Assembly (NCBI GenBank): GCA_027858815.1
Contig: JAQIBZ010000214.1
Location: 1-47,294, forward strand
From: Desulfobacteraceae bacterium
Lineage (GTDB): Bacteria; Desulfobacterota; Desulfobacteria; Desulfobacterales; Desulfosalsimonadaceae
DNA length: 47,294 nt
Direction: 5' to 3'
The notes beneath the pieces were generated by a model. It saw nothing but the letters and a program-made list of their open reading frames with translations. It had not been told where the DNA came from and searched no databases. Each line of letters opens with the position of its first letter. Within the stretch, counting starts at the first letter, position 1. Positions 20,781 to 29,305 of the stretch are shown piece after piece. The position numbers and the translations under genes were made by a program.

Positions 20781-20802
20781 CACTGGCAACTTGTTGCCAG
20801 TG
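20781..20802. repeat. 22-nt palindrome CACTGGCAAC-TT-GTTGCCAGTG
   Basis: Perfect 10-bp arms, read directly from the sequence. A twin lies at 20880-20901. Confidence 0.7.
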
Positions 20803-20879
20803 CGCGAAGCGCAAAAGGGGTCTGATTTATTTTTTAAAAAACAATTCAATATCTCAATCTCCCTTCTGTTCCTATGGAA

Positions 20880-20901
20880 CACGGGCAACCAGTTGCCCGT
20901 G
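20880..20901. repeat. 22-nt palindrome CACGGGCAAC-CA-GTTGCCCGTG
   Basis: Perfect 10-bp arms. It differs from the 20781 copy by a compensatory T>G / A>C pair. Confidence 0.7.
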
Positions 20902-21121
20902 CCACCCGGTCAAATATTACCAATTAACCGGATTTCTCATAAATGCTTAAAAATTATGAAAAATCCGGGTAAATTTTCAAAAATGTAAATCAATTTTCAT
21001 CTATGTTTTTTAAGCCGATTTTTTACCTGACACCATCCGTTTGGACTGCCTGCGGAGCTGAAACACAAACCGGTTGAACCGACGGGTATCTAAAGGCGTT
21101 CCGTCATCATAGAAGAAATAA

Positions 21122-21391
21122 GACAGTGAAAAAACCGACCTGATTCTGCTGCCGGCATTTCTTCCGCTACTTGATCTGGAAAACCCGAGAATAAAAAAAA
21201 TCATAGAGTGGACAAAGCATAACCATAAAAACGGCAATCAAATTGCCTGTACCGGCACTTTTCTGCTGGCGGAAACCGGACGTTTAGACGGCTGTGTGGC
21301 TACCACCAACTGGCAGTTTGCCGAAATTTTCATCAACGTGATAAATTGCTACAATGGTTTTAAATGCTCCCGACCGGGAGCGATTATTTAG
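21122..21391 (+). pseudogene. Remnant of a DJ-1/PfpI (GlxA/AraC-type or DJ-1-type) gene
   Basis: Open frame without a start codon reads DLILLPAF...NGNQIACTGTFLLAETGRLDGCVATTNWQFAEIF. This is the nucleophile-elbow region of DJ-1/PfpI domains. The upstream part is broken by stops and frameshifts. Confidence 0.5.
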
Positions 21392-21396
21392 ATCCC

Positions 21397-21594
21397 TCAG
21401 CCCCTTGGCACACAAGAGCCACCACCGCCATACCCTGCCGGCACCTTCAGCGTTACATTGCATCCGGCGGACATGAGCTTCTGGACATTTGTATCCTTAC
21501 ACTGAGGGCACTCCGGATTTTTATCATCAGAAGGGAGTATTAATCTTTCAAATTTATGACCGCATTTTTTACATTCAAACTCGTATATGGGCAT
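21397..21594 (-). CDS. FmdB-family zinc-ribbon protein (CxxC...CxxC)
   Basis: MPIYEFECKKCGHKFE...CPQCKD. Start chosen at M12 of ORF 21397..21627. Confidence 0.75.
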   Translation of the reverse strand: MPIYEFECKKCGHKFERLILPSDDKNPECPQCKDTNVQKLMSAGCNVTLKVPAGYGGGGSCVPRG

Positions 21595-21847
21595 TACTAT
21601 GTAGCTCCTTGTTTTTATAAAATTCAACCCGGATTTTTTATCAAAACCGATTTAATAAAACAATAAATCCGCTTTGACAAAAGTCAAGCATCATCGTCTA
21701 TATATGAAACGTATTTAACGAAAAAAATCAGGGTGTTTAGCAAAAATTATTTTCAATAAAAATCTCAAATCCAGAACATCTTATTAATGTGATTCCAAGC
21801 TTGACATATCAAAATCAGGATGTTAATTGAATGTTACTTTTTTAGTG

Positions 21848-21926
<79 letters not shown>

Positions 21927-21932
21927 TTAAAT

Positions 21933-21980
21933 CAGTCAGTCAGTCAGTCAGTCAGTCAGTCAGTCAGTCAGTCAGTCAGT
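21933..21980. repeat. Perfect tetranucleotide microsatellite (CAGT)12
   Basis: Counted directly: 12 uninterrupted CAGT units beginning 8 nt after the tRNA CCA end. Confidence 0.95.
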
Positions 21981-22055
21981 TAAAACTTTACCTTGAGGAA
22001 AATTTATCGTAATTAAAATGTACCGCCTACAAAAATAGCCTCCTTATTCCCTCCC

Positions 22056-22081
22056 CGGCTTTCAATAGCCGTTATTTTTTT
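22056..22081 (+). terminator. Possible weak intrinsic terminator after tRNA-Pro
   Basis: CGGCT-TTCAAT-AGCCG followed by TTATTTTTTT. The stem is only 5 bp. Confidence 0.35.
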
Positions 22082-22203
22082 ACAAAATAAGAATTTGAAG
22101 CGGAATCTGTGCCGTATCGAATATGTTTCCGCAATGGCGTAGCATCAAAAGCCAACTCATGCATTGGTATGATCGAGGAGAGCAATCCTTAAATTAAGAC
22201 AAA

Positions 22204-24252
22204 CTAATCCATAATCGCCTTCAACAGAGCATCTTTAACATCTGAGTAAAACTGAATATCGATTTTGGTGGCCATGTCATCAGATAGGTCAAACAGTTGT
22301 TTACGGCATGAAACCGGCATTAACAATGCCATAGCGCCTTTTTCAACTGCAATCTCAGTAATGTTTACGGCACTATGAATCGGTTCAATGGAGCCGCCCA
22401 GATTGACTTCTCCGCAAATGATTAATCCGCCGCGAATTGATTTTTTTAACAGGGCTGTACAAAGAGCGATTAATGCGGCAACGCCAATTTTCGACCCTAA
22501 TTTTGACGCATCAAATGCCCTTAACTGTACTGTAAATTCATGGTGGCGCGGGTCTTTATCCCCTACAAGTTGAGTCGATCGGGTATAAAGATTCTGTTCC
22601 GCGTATCCCATGCTTTCGCGAAAGGCCACCGGAATCGGCTTGTTCAGGATTTTAACACCGGAACCAGGTCCTTCATTGATTTCAAGGCGATAAAGGCCGG
22701 GATTATCCTCCAAGCCACCCGGGCTTATGGTCCAAACCTGCCCAGGTTCTAACGGATCTCCGCCAATACTGTTTTCGCTATGCAGTTCCGGCGTGGAAAC
22801 AAATTTTTCGACACCATCAGCCCCCAATACATAGCTGAAATGCGTATTACGAAATTCGGCCGCCCCGATGCGCTTTTGCTGTTCTTTTACTCGCCTTCTG
22901 GCTTCAAGGGCAATCCGCACTGCCCATTCAAGATCCTCTTCCGGAACTGTATTCTCATCGCCCGGATAGAGTAATTTTAATAATCCACTAATGGTTTTAT
23001 TAACAGCATTGGTGTCGCGCCCGCTGAGTGCGCCGCCAAAGAATACCCTGTTTTGGATATGCGATACCCTGCTTTGATTACGCAACTGGCTCCAGCATTC
23101 GGATATAAAATCGCTCACCAATCCAAAATGATCAGTGAGCATTTCTTTTTGTATTTTGGGAACATCCCATCCCGGAAGATATGCATGAATTCGATCCATA
23201 AAGGCGGTGTCATCTCTCATCTCTGGCGGCATTGGTCCGAAAAGGTGGCCAATACGTTGCTGATGCTCAACATCTACTTCGAAATTGCCGACAAGAACGA
23301 TACTGCCATCGGCTCGGATGCTGTCCTTGCCCCTGCTGAATTCGCCCGATTCCATATATCCCTTCATGATGTTGACGCCATCTTTTTGATCAAAGGATAT
23401 ACCGGATATTTCGTCAAAACAGACCACATCATATTGGCAAACCAGGCCGCGCTGGCCGGTTCCCATATGAACAAACATCCTTGCAACTGATGCTTTTCCA
23501 CCGGAAATCAGATGGGCATAGGGAGAGACCTGCTGAAATAAGTGGCTTTTGCCCGTACCCCGGGGGCCGAGTTCAACGATATTATAGTTTCGCTCGACAA
23601 ACGGCACCATCCGCAAAAGAAAGGCATTTTTCTGGCGTTCATCCAGCGTTTCAGGTTCAATACCAATACTCCGAAGTAAAAAAGATTTCCATTCATCTGT
23701 TGTAAACTTATCTCTTGCTTCAGCCAGCGTATCCAGAACCTCTCTTTTCGAGAGTTGAATTTCTCTTAAGTTTGCAATGCCAAAGGGATGGCCCTTGGTT
23801 TCCTGGGAAATTGCCGGATCATAGGTAAGTGTAATTTCGGAATAAAAACCGCCAGTCAGCATTCTTTCATGCCTATTGACAAGATCTCCACTGATTCGGA
23901 CATCCGTCAGTCTTAAACTCGGTAAAGTGGCAATGTATGAATCTGTTCTCGCATCCAGGCGGGCAGTAATCAGATCAATTATTTTAACTTCGCCATTCTC
24001 CCGCGCTTTTGCTTTAAAAAGCTCTTCTTCTCCCGCTTTGACACTTCGTGATTTTAGTTGTCGCTGGACAATTTCCAGGCCCTCTTCAATCTCTTCCTGA
24101 TCAATACTGGCGCAATATCGCCCCAACAGAAACTCAACCACATACGTCGGAACCGGAAACTGACGGCTGAAGGTTCTCACAAGGTCTTTACGGACCAGAT
24201 ATCCATCCAAAGACGATGCTGCGAGTTTATCAATATGATCCAATTCGATCAT
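22204..24252 (-). CDS. brxL: BREX Lon-like protease BrxL
   Basis: 682 aa. N-terminus LDGYLVRKDLVRTFSRQFPVPTYVVEFLLGRYCAS is typical of BrxL. It has an AAA-like core (ELGPRGTGKSH) and a Lon protease-like C-terminus. The ATG overlaps the pglZ stop (ATGA). Confidence 0.85.
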   Translation of the reverse strand: MIELDHIDKLAASSLDGYLVRKDLVRTFSRQFPVPTYVVEFLLGRYCASIDQEEIEEGLEIVQRQLKSRSVKAGEEELFKAKARENGEVKIIDLITARLDARTDSYIATLPSLRLTDVRISGDLVNRHERMLTGGFYSEITLTYDPAISQETKGHPFGIANLREIQLSKREVLDTLAEARDKFTTDEWKSFLLRSIGIEPETLDERQKNAFLLRMVPFVERNYNIVELGPRGTGKSHLFQQVSPYAHLISGGKASVARMFVHMGTGQRGLVCQYDVVCFDEISGISFDQKDGVNIMKGYMESGEFSRGKDSIRADGSIVLVGNFEVDVEHQQRIGHLFGPMPPEMRDDTAFMDRIHAYLPGWDVPKIQKEMLTDHFGLVSDFISECWSQLRNQSRVSHIQNRVFFGGALSGRDTNAVNKTISGLLKLLYPGDENTVPEEDLEWAVRIALEARRRVKEQQKRIGAAEFRNTHFSYVLGADGVEKFVSTPELHSENSIGGDPLEPGQVWTISPGGLEDNPGLYRLEINEGPGSGVKILNKPIPVAFRESMGYAEQNLYTRSTQLVGDKDPRHHEFTVQLRAFDASKLGSKIGVAALIALCTALLKKSIRGGLIICGEVNLGGSIEPIHSAVNITEIAVEKGAMALLMPVSCRKQLFDLSDDMATKIDIQFYSDVKDALLKAIMD

Positions 24253-26597
24253 TTATCACCTCCACCAATCAATGTGACAACCTGAGCCACAAGTTCATTG
24301 TTTTGGTCAATCACCACAATAGTCGCTTCACTTCCTTCCAGTTCTTCATTTTCAACCAGTACAGAGGCGATCCCATCTTTTTTAAAAGATTTCAGATTGT
24401 CAATGATGCTTGAGGCGCTATTTCCAGGCTGCTGCCGGATATCCAGCGATAACCATTCAATGTCCCCTTCCACGGCAACACGGCACCGCATTCCTTTCCA
24501 TTGCACATCGGCAATTTTTATTAGATCCGCTGCTTTCATTGACTTCCCGGGAAGAGCAATTAACTCCAGTGTCAGGCATTCCTGAAAGCTCAGACCGCCA
24601 TGGGAATATTCCAGTCCGTTACGGAAACAACTCACTCCATGGGCTATGGCAATTTGCTGATTTGGATTCCAATACCATGGGTAAAGATTTTCCTGGATCA
24701 CTGCGCCAGATTTTATGATTGCACATCGTCCCCACTTATTATCGGTGAGGGCGCTTGGAAGTTCATCTTTGGGCAACCCGCCGGGGACCAAAAGCCAACC
24801 GTGATCCGTTACCACACGCACGCGCTTCCATCCGGCATCCAGCAACCGGAGAATGCGGTCCTGTATTTCATTTAAATAGCCGTCGATATACTTCGATAAT
24901 TTCCACCCTTTTTCATGGCCTTCATGGTCAATATTGCCGAATTCGGTCCACCCTCGCGCCTGCTTATCTCCAACGCTTTTAGAATCAATGACTTCCCAGC
25001 CCGAATCTTTCAGCAATTTTTTAAAGTGATATCCGCCTTTAAGGGATTGCCCGGCGTCCTTGTCGTTGGGTTCAAAATCAACGCTGGTTTCCAGGCCGCG
25101 TATCTGCATTTTAACCGGTGACACAGCGGGTTTTCCGGTGGCGGTGATACTGGGAAGTGCGGCCCATACCGGTTTTTCACTCACCTGGCATCCGGCATGA
25201 TCCAGTTTTTCAGATAACCGTTTGGCCACATCAAATCGAAGACCATCAACAAACAAAATACATTCGCCTGCTGAATAGGACGACAATTTGGATTTTTCAA
25301 GTGGTCCCCCGGGATAACCATACTGATCTGCTATTTTCTGCAGATACCGTGCGGCTTCTTCCGCCCATGGCAGATATACGGCCCGAATGGCAGCAAAAAC
25401 CGCATCCGCGTCATCATTGTCTGAAACCAACAAAAGGGCCTGCATAACTGCTTCATCGGCACGCCATCCGGAATTTACATACCCCGCGGAAATGTCATCC
25501 ATAGTACCTGCGGTTAAGCTGTCCCCGGTTATTCGTGCCAGAACCGCCAAATGTGCCAGCGCCCGAGCAAGCGGGGCCTGTCCCAGTTCCGCCCAAACCA
25601 GTTTGCGTCTGTCCGCGTGTTTTTTTTCAAGATCCAGAAGCTGCTTGCGGGCTTTATGGTCCGGAAAAGTTTCAAGGCGCTTCAGGTCATTGCGAAGACG
25701 GGTTTCCGCACTTTCATTCCATTGGGGCCATGCGCCGTGGGACTCGGCATTTGAAAACAAATCCACTGGCGGCAGGGCACATTTTTTGATCTGGCCGGGG
25801 ATATTCGGATATTTGTGCGGCGCCTCGCAGAACCGTTCCCAGGCGCCATGCCAGGGACCTTCATGTCTGGCAAGTTTTTCAACGCCGATCAGGGCGCCGT
25901 CATTTTCCAGGTGAAATGCAAATTGTGATTTGCAGACACTCACAAATGCCGTGAATTCATTTTCACCCCGTCCGGAACGGAATGCATCCCCCTGGTCCAG
26001 CCATTGCAGTAGATCCCGAACCGGGTCACCACTGGTTAACAAGGTATTAAAATAATCCTTGTCCAGATGTTTGCCTTTTAAAAAGTCAACGGGTTCATCC
26101 ATCAGCGGATACAAGCCCAGCAGCATGGCATTTTTGGTGTCATTATCCCGGGCCACATCCAGCCCCAATCCGCCCTGATCGGACTTCAAAAACGCCATGA
26201 CCGTCCAGTCCTTTGCATTGACCTGGGACCATATCACCCCGCGATATTGCAATTCCGCCAGGGGTTTTAAATAATCCGGGCAGCTTTCAACAGCCCGGAG
26301 GTCCTGACGGCCCACGCCCGGCAAATATAAGATGGGCGGATTCTCCCGCGCAATGTCAAACCTTTCCACTTTACCGGCAATCACGCACCGCAGCCAGATC
26401 GCCGGTCCTTTTTGATTGTCCGGTGCGTATTCGCCCAGGACAAACAGTTCCGGCAGTTCATTTTGCAGATAAGGGATTATCGCTTCCCATTGCCGGTCCC
26501 GATCCGGCCAAAGGATACAGGCAGGTGCTGACTGGACTTCGGGATTAAAAACAGCGGCGTCACGGACAGCTTTCAGGAGATGATCAAGCACCCTCAT
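24249..26597 (-). CDS. pglZ: BREX alkaline-phosphatase-superfamily protein PglZ
   Basis: About 780 aa with ACILWPDRDRQWE N-terminus and a PglZ domain (ILFVDGLRFD, VTDHGW). The ATG at 26597 overlaps the stop of the upstream gene (ATGA); the track ORF starts at 26615. Confidence 0.85.
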   Translation of the reverse strand: MRVLDHLLKAVRDAAVFNPEVQSAPACILWPDRDRQWEAIIPYLQNELPELFVLGEYAPDNQKGPAIWLRCVIAGKVERFDIARENPPILYLPGVGRQDLRAVESCPDYLKPLAELQYRGVIWSQVNAKDWTVMAFLKSDQGGLGLDVARDNDTKNAMLLGLYPLMDEPVDFLKGKHLDKDYFNTLLTSGDPVRDLLQWLDQGDAFRSGRGENEFTAFVSVCKSQFAFHLENDGALIGVEKLARHEGPWHGAWERFCEAPHKYPNIPGQIKKCALPPVDLFSNAESHGAWPQWNESAETRLRNDLKRLETFPDHKARKQLLDLEKKHADRRKLVWAELGQAPLARALAHLAVLARITGDSLTAGTMDDISAGYVNSGWRADEAVMQALLLVSDNDDADAVFAAIRAVYLPWAEEAARYLQKIADQYGYPGGPLEKSKLSSYSAGECILFVDGLRFDVAKRLSEKLDHAGCQVSEKPVWAALPSITATGKPAVSPVKMQIRGLETSVDFEPNDKDAGQSLKGGYHFKKLLKDSGWEVIDSKSVGDKQARGWTEFGNIDHEGHEKGWKLSKYIDGYLNEIQDRILRLLDAGWKRVRVVTDHGWLLVPGGLPKDELPSALTDNKWGRCAIIKSGAVIQENLYPWYWNPNQQIAIAHGVSCFRNGLEYSHGGLSFQECLTLELIALPGKSMKAADLIKIADVQWKGMRCRVAVEGDIEWLSLDIRQQPGNSASSIIDNLKSFKKDGIASVLVENEELEGSEATIVVIDQNNELVAQVVTLIGGGDK

Positions 26598-28123
26598 TTT
26601 TGTCCGACCTCCCATCGCCCTTGCTTCCGCGACCCGATACGGTGCAAAATTCCGGCTTTCTTGAGTTTCTGAATATGCCGTTTGATGGTCGAGGCGCTTA
26701 CCCCCACCTTTTCCGCCAATTGAAGATAATCGCTTTGCGGATCTTTCCGGATGGCAGTTATAAGGTCAGCATGGATTTTTAAAAGGTCATTTATCGGGTC
26801 ACCCTGACCTTTTATGTGACCTTTTACCCTTTGTTTTTCCGCGATATCACCTGTGGCTTGTGGGCTTAAAGGTCTATTTATAAGTTCAAACTGACCTTTT
26901 ACCTGTTGAATGGTGGTTTGCAAATAATCATCCGTGACCTTAAAAATCGGTTCCACTCCCACCGCCTTCAACGCCGGCACAACCTTGGTTCGCACCCCCA
27001 TGCCTCGGGCGTCCACATACCCATAATCCCTCAGCACTTCCACAATGATATGATTCCTGGCCGAACGTTGACCGGCAAGCATTTTATCAATGGTCATGGC
27101 ATTGGGCAGTGCGCCGGGGCTGATAATTTCAAGGCGGTTTTTATATCCGACGATTTCAACATCCACAAATCGGGACCAATCCCGGTGGGCCAGGGCATTA
27201 ACCAATAATTCCCGAAGGGCTTCGTAGGGATAAAACCAGATTTTTTCCCGCCGGAAATTTTCGTCAATGCTGTCGGGTTCCAAGGTCACAAAAGGTTCCA
27301 TTGTTTCCAGGGTTTTTTCGATCAAGCCAGCGTCGATGAGTGTTTTTCCGGCTTTTCCCACCTGAAACCGTCCCACCAAAGGGGCATCTATCACTTTGTC
27401 CAGCCGAGCCTGATATTCTTTGTCCAGCGAGTCAAAAAACATGAGTCTGACGCCGGAATGTTTCAATGTCTGCCGGGGTTTGACGCCAAACAGCACCAGT
27501 CCGGCGATGGTGCAAACCGGTGCATCCGCAACGCTGTCCGTCATAAACCCCAAAGCTTTCAGTCGGTCAATCCAGGCATTTCTTTCACCAGGCACTTCCG
27601 GGTCCCGCAGAATATCTCGCAGATAGTTCTCCAACCGGGCCATATCCAGAGAATCAATGGACGTGCGGTTTACCGGCATAATTTCCGGGTGCACCGCACC
27701 GGAAGCCGCACCAAGCATTAAAAGTTGTTCCCGGGAGGCCGGCCGGGTCACACTGCCGATCCGTACATAGGCTGTTTCCCGGTCATTGGCCCTTACCACA
27801 TAGGGTTTGAAGATTTCGGGGCCGATGGTGATCACGGCCACCCGACGGCCCTCCCCCATGGCGACTTCTTCGTAATAGGGCAGAATCTGCGGATGCACAT
27901 ACCGGCCAAATACCGTATCCGCCACCCATTCGCTTAAGTTCTTGCGAAAAATGCCCGAGATGGTTCCGTCATCTTCCACGCCCAAAAGAATGCGGCCGCC
28001 TTTGAGATTGGCAAGGGCCACAATTTCCCTGGCCAACTGCTCGGGCCGGATGTCATCCCGCTTGAATTCAACGCCGGAATTCTCGCCATTGGCTATCAGG
28101 TCAAAAATGTCTTGTTTTTTCAT
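26594..28123 (-). CDS. AlbA_2 / Schlafen-like divergent-AAA protein with HATPase_c_4-like middle and C-terminal wHTH
   Basis: N-terminus IANGENSGVEFKRDDIRPEQLAREIVALANLKGGRILLGVEDDGTISG (AlbA_2-type). Middle is EALRELLVNALAHRDWS...LEIISPGALP. C-terminus is LQLAEKVGVSASTIKRHIQKLKKAGIL. AGGAGC RBS upstream. Confidence 0.7.
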   Translation of the reverse strand: MKKQDIFDLIANGENSGVEFKRDDIRPEQLAREIVALANLKGGRILLGVEDDGTISGIFRKNLSEWVADTVFGRYVHPQILPYYEEVAMGEGRRVAVITIGPEIFKPYVVRANDRETAYVRIGSVTRPASREQLLMLGAASGAVHPEIMPVNRTSIDSLDMARLENYLRDILRDPEVPGERNAWIDRLKALGFMTDSVADAPVCTIAGLVLFGVKPRQTLKHSGVRLMFFDSLDKEYQARLDKVIDAPLVGRFQVGKAGKTLIDAGLIEKTLETMEPFVTLEPDSIDENFRREKIWFYPYEALRELLVNALAHRDWSRFVDVEIVGYKNRLEIISPGALPNAMTIDKMLAGQRSARNHIIVEVLRDYGYVDARGMGVRTKVVPALKAVGVEPIFKVTDDYLQTTIQQVKGQFELINRPLSPQATGDIAEKQRVKGHIKGQGDPINDLLKIHADLITAIRKDPQSDYLQLAEKVGVSASTIKRHIQKLKKAGILHRIGSRKQGRWEVGQK

Positions 28124-28172
28124 TGAGCTCCTCTTGTCGACGACAAAAGATAGAAGAGAGACGCATAACGAA

Positions 28173-29186
28173 TCATAAGGTCTTCTCCATCATTTCCACT
28201 AATGCCATTTCCAGGCGTTCATCTTCTTCATCCTGCAGGCTGAGATAGAGAGAAAAATGGTCCACGCGATTGTTTTTTACAAACAATGCCGGGTCATACC
28301 GCCACAACTCTATGCGGCAAGTACCTGTGTCTTCAACAGGAATCTGCTCAACCCGGTCCGCGAGCTTTTTCCAGTCACGGCGGCCCAATGCATAGACCGG
28401 TTCATTCGGCGGAACCAGCATACTCAGGTCCGCAAGTGCGATTTCGCCCGCTTTCATCCGCTGATCTGGCGGCAGATGATCCTCCTTTATACGGAGTATT
28501 TTACGCACCGGGGTACGCAAATACGGCAGGGCTTCCTGCCACAAGGTGCGTCCGTCAGTGGGAAAATCAAGCAACCGTTCACGGCCTTCACGGGTTATTT
28601 GACCCAAACCGCTTCCTTCGATCTCATCCAGCGCCCGTGTCATAGACATTCCGGCATAACCCAGTTTGCCGGCCAATTCCTTGGGGGTGGTCGGTGTTTT
28701 TATCCCGCCATTGAGCGCATAAATCAGAACCGCCTGGGTCGCCGGTGTGAACGTTTCCGTTTTAGCCGGTGCCCTTGCTGTTTTTCGGGCTTGCGCAGCA
28801 ACCCCCAATTCCGGCCAATACAACTGTTGTCCGGGTATCACAAAAGGAATATGCCGTTCGATCAAACGGCGACGGGTGTATCCCGGCAACTCCTGAGCAA
28901 TCAGGCAGAAATCATCAAAAGCATCATTTGCCATGATCTGGCGCAGGTGTTTTTCAAATGCGGCGGGACGAAAGTTTTCGATATCTTTGATCATGATTCC
29001 CAGGAAAGCCCGTTTACCAACAGTGAGTTTCCGCAACGCATATTGTTGATTCAAGTAGTGAGGCAATGGTCTGGATACAGCTTTGCCCCAGGTGACAGGC
29101 ATGCCGGCCAGCTTAGTGATGTATTCAATAAATCGATGTGCTAAATTTTCCATGAGATATAATAACTTTTTTTTGTACAATAACAT
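28173..29186 (-). CDS. Hypothetical protein with central winged-helix motif (unassigned family)
   Basis: 326-337 aa with TPKELAGKLGYAGMSMTRALDEIEGSGLG as an HTH-like segment. The start is uncertain (29186 or ATG 29153). The long antisense ORF 28257..29144 has an implausible R/C/Q/F-rich composition. Confidence 0.55.
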   Translation of the reverse strand: MLLYKKKLLYLMENLAHRFIEYITKLAGMPVTWGKAVSRPLPHYLNQQYALRKLTVGKRAFLGIMIKDIENFRPAAFEKHLRQIMANDAFDDFCLIAQELPGYTRRRLIERHIPFVIPGQQLYWPELGVAAQARKTARAPAKTETFTPATQAVLIYALNGGIKTPTTPKELAGKLGYAGMSMTRALDEIEGSGLGQITREGRERLLDFPTDGRTLWQEALPYLRTPVRKILRIKEDHLPPDQRMKAGEIALADLSMLVPPNEPVYALGRRDWKKLADRVEQIPVEDTGTCRIELWRYDPALFVKNNRVDHFSLYLSLQDEEDERLEMALVEMMEKTL

Positions 29187-29215
29187 TTAAAAAGTTACTA
29201 TGCAAAATAAATGTT

Positions 29216-29240
29216 TCTAAGTTGTTAAAAACAACTTAGA
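29216..29240. promoter_or_regulatory. Perfect palindrome TCTAAGTTGTT-AAA-AACAACTTAGA
   Basis: 11-bp arms read directly, about 30-60 nt upstream of the wHTH gene start candidates. Confidence 0.5.
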
Positions 29241-29256
29241 TGGCCGGATTTTAAAT

Positions 29257-29281
29257 AGTTAATTGCGATCGGCAATTAACT
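29257..29281. promoter_or_regulatory. Perfect palindrome AGTTAATTGC-GATCG-GCAATTAACT
   Basis: 10-bp arms read directly, in the same intergenic region. Confidence 0.5.
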
Positions 29282-29305
29282 TAAAGCATAAACATGCAAC
29301 ATCTT

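Noticed and set aside
20781-20901. The palindromes contain TGGCAAC..TTGCC and GGGCAAC..TTGCC, which look superficially like sigma-54 -24/-12 elements.
   Set aside because: The GG-to-GC spacing is one nucleotide short of the consensus (9 instead of 10 intervening nt), and no suitable downstream gene exists.
20764-21237. ORFs 20764..20988 (+) and 21010..21237 (-).
   Set aside because: The first merely spans the two palindromes. The second is antisense to the DJ-1/GlxA fossil. Neither has an RBS or recognisable motifs.
21933-21980. The repeat tract was considered as a CRISPR array or coding repeat.
   Set aside because: It has a 4-nt unit without spacers, lies outside any ORF, and no cas genes are in the window.
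28257-29144. 295-aa plus-strand ORF antisense to the wHTH gene.
   Set aside because: The composition is implausible (very rich in R, C, Q, F) with no motifs. The minus-strand ORF has normal composition, an HTH segment and fits the operon orientation.
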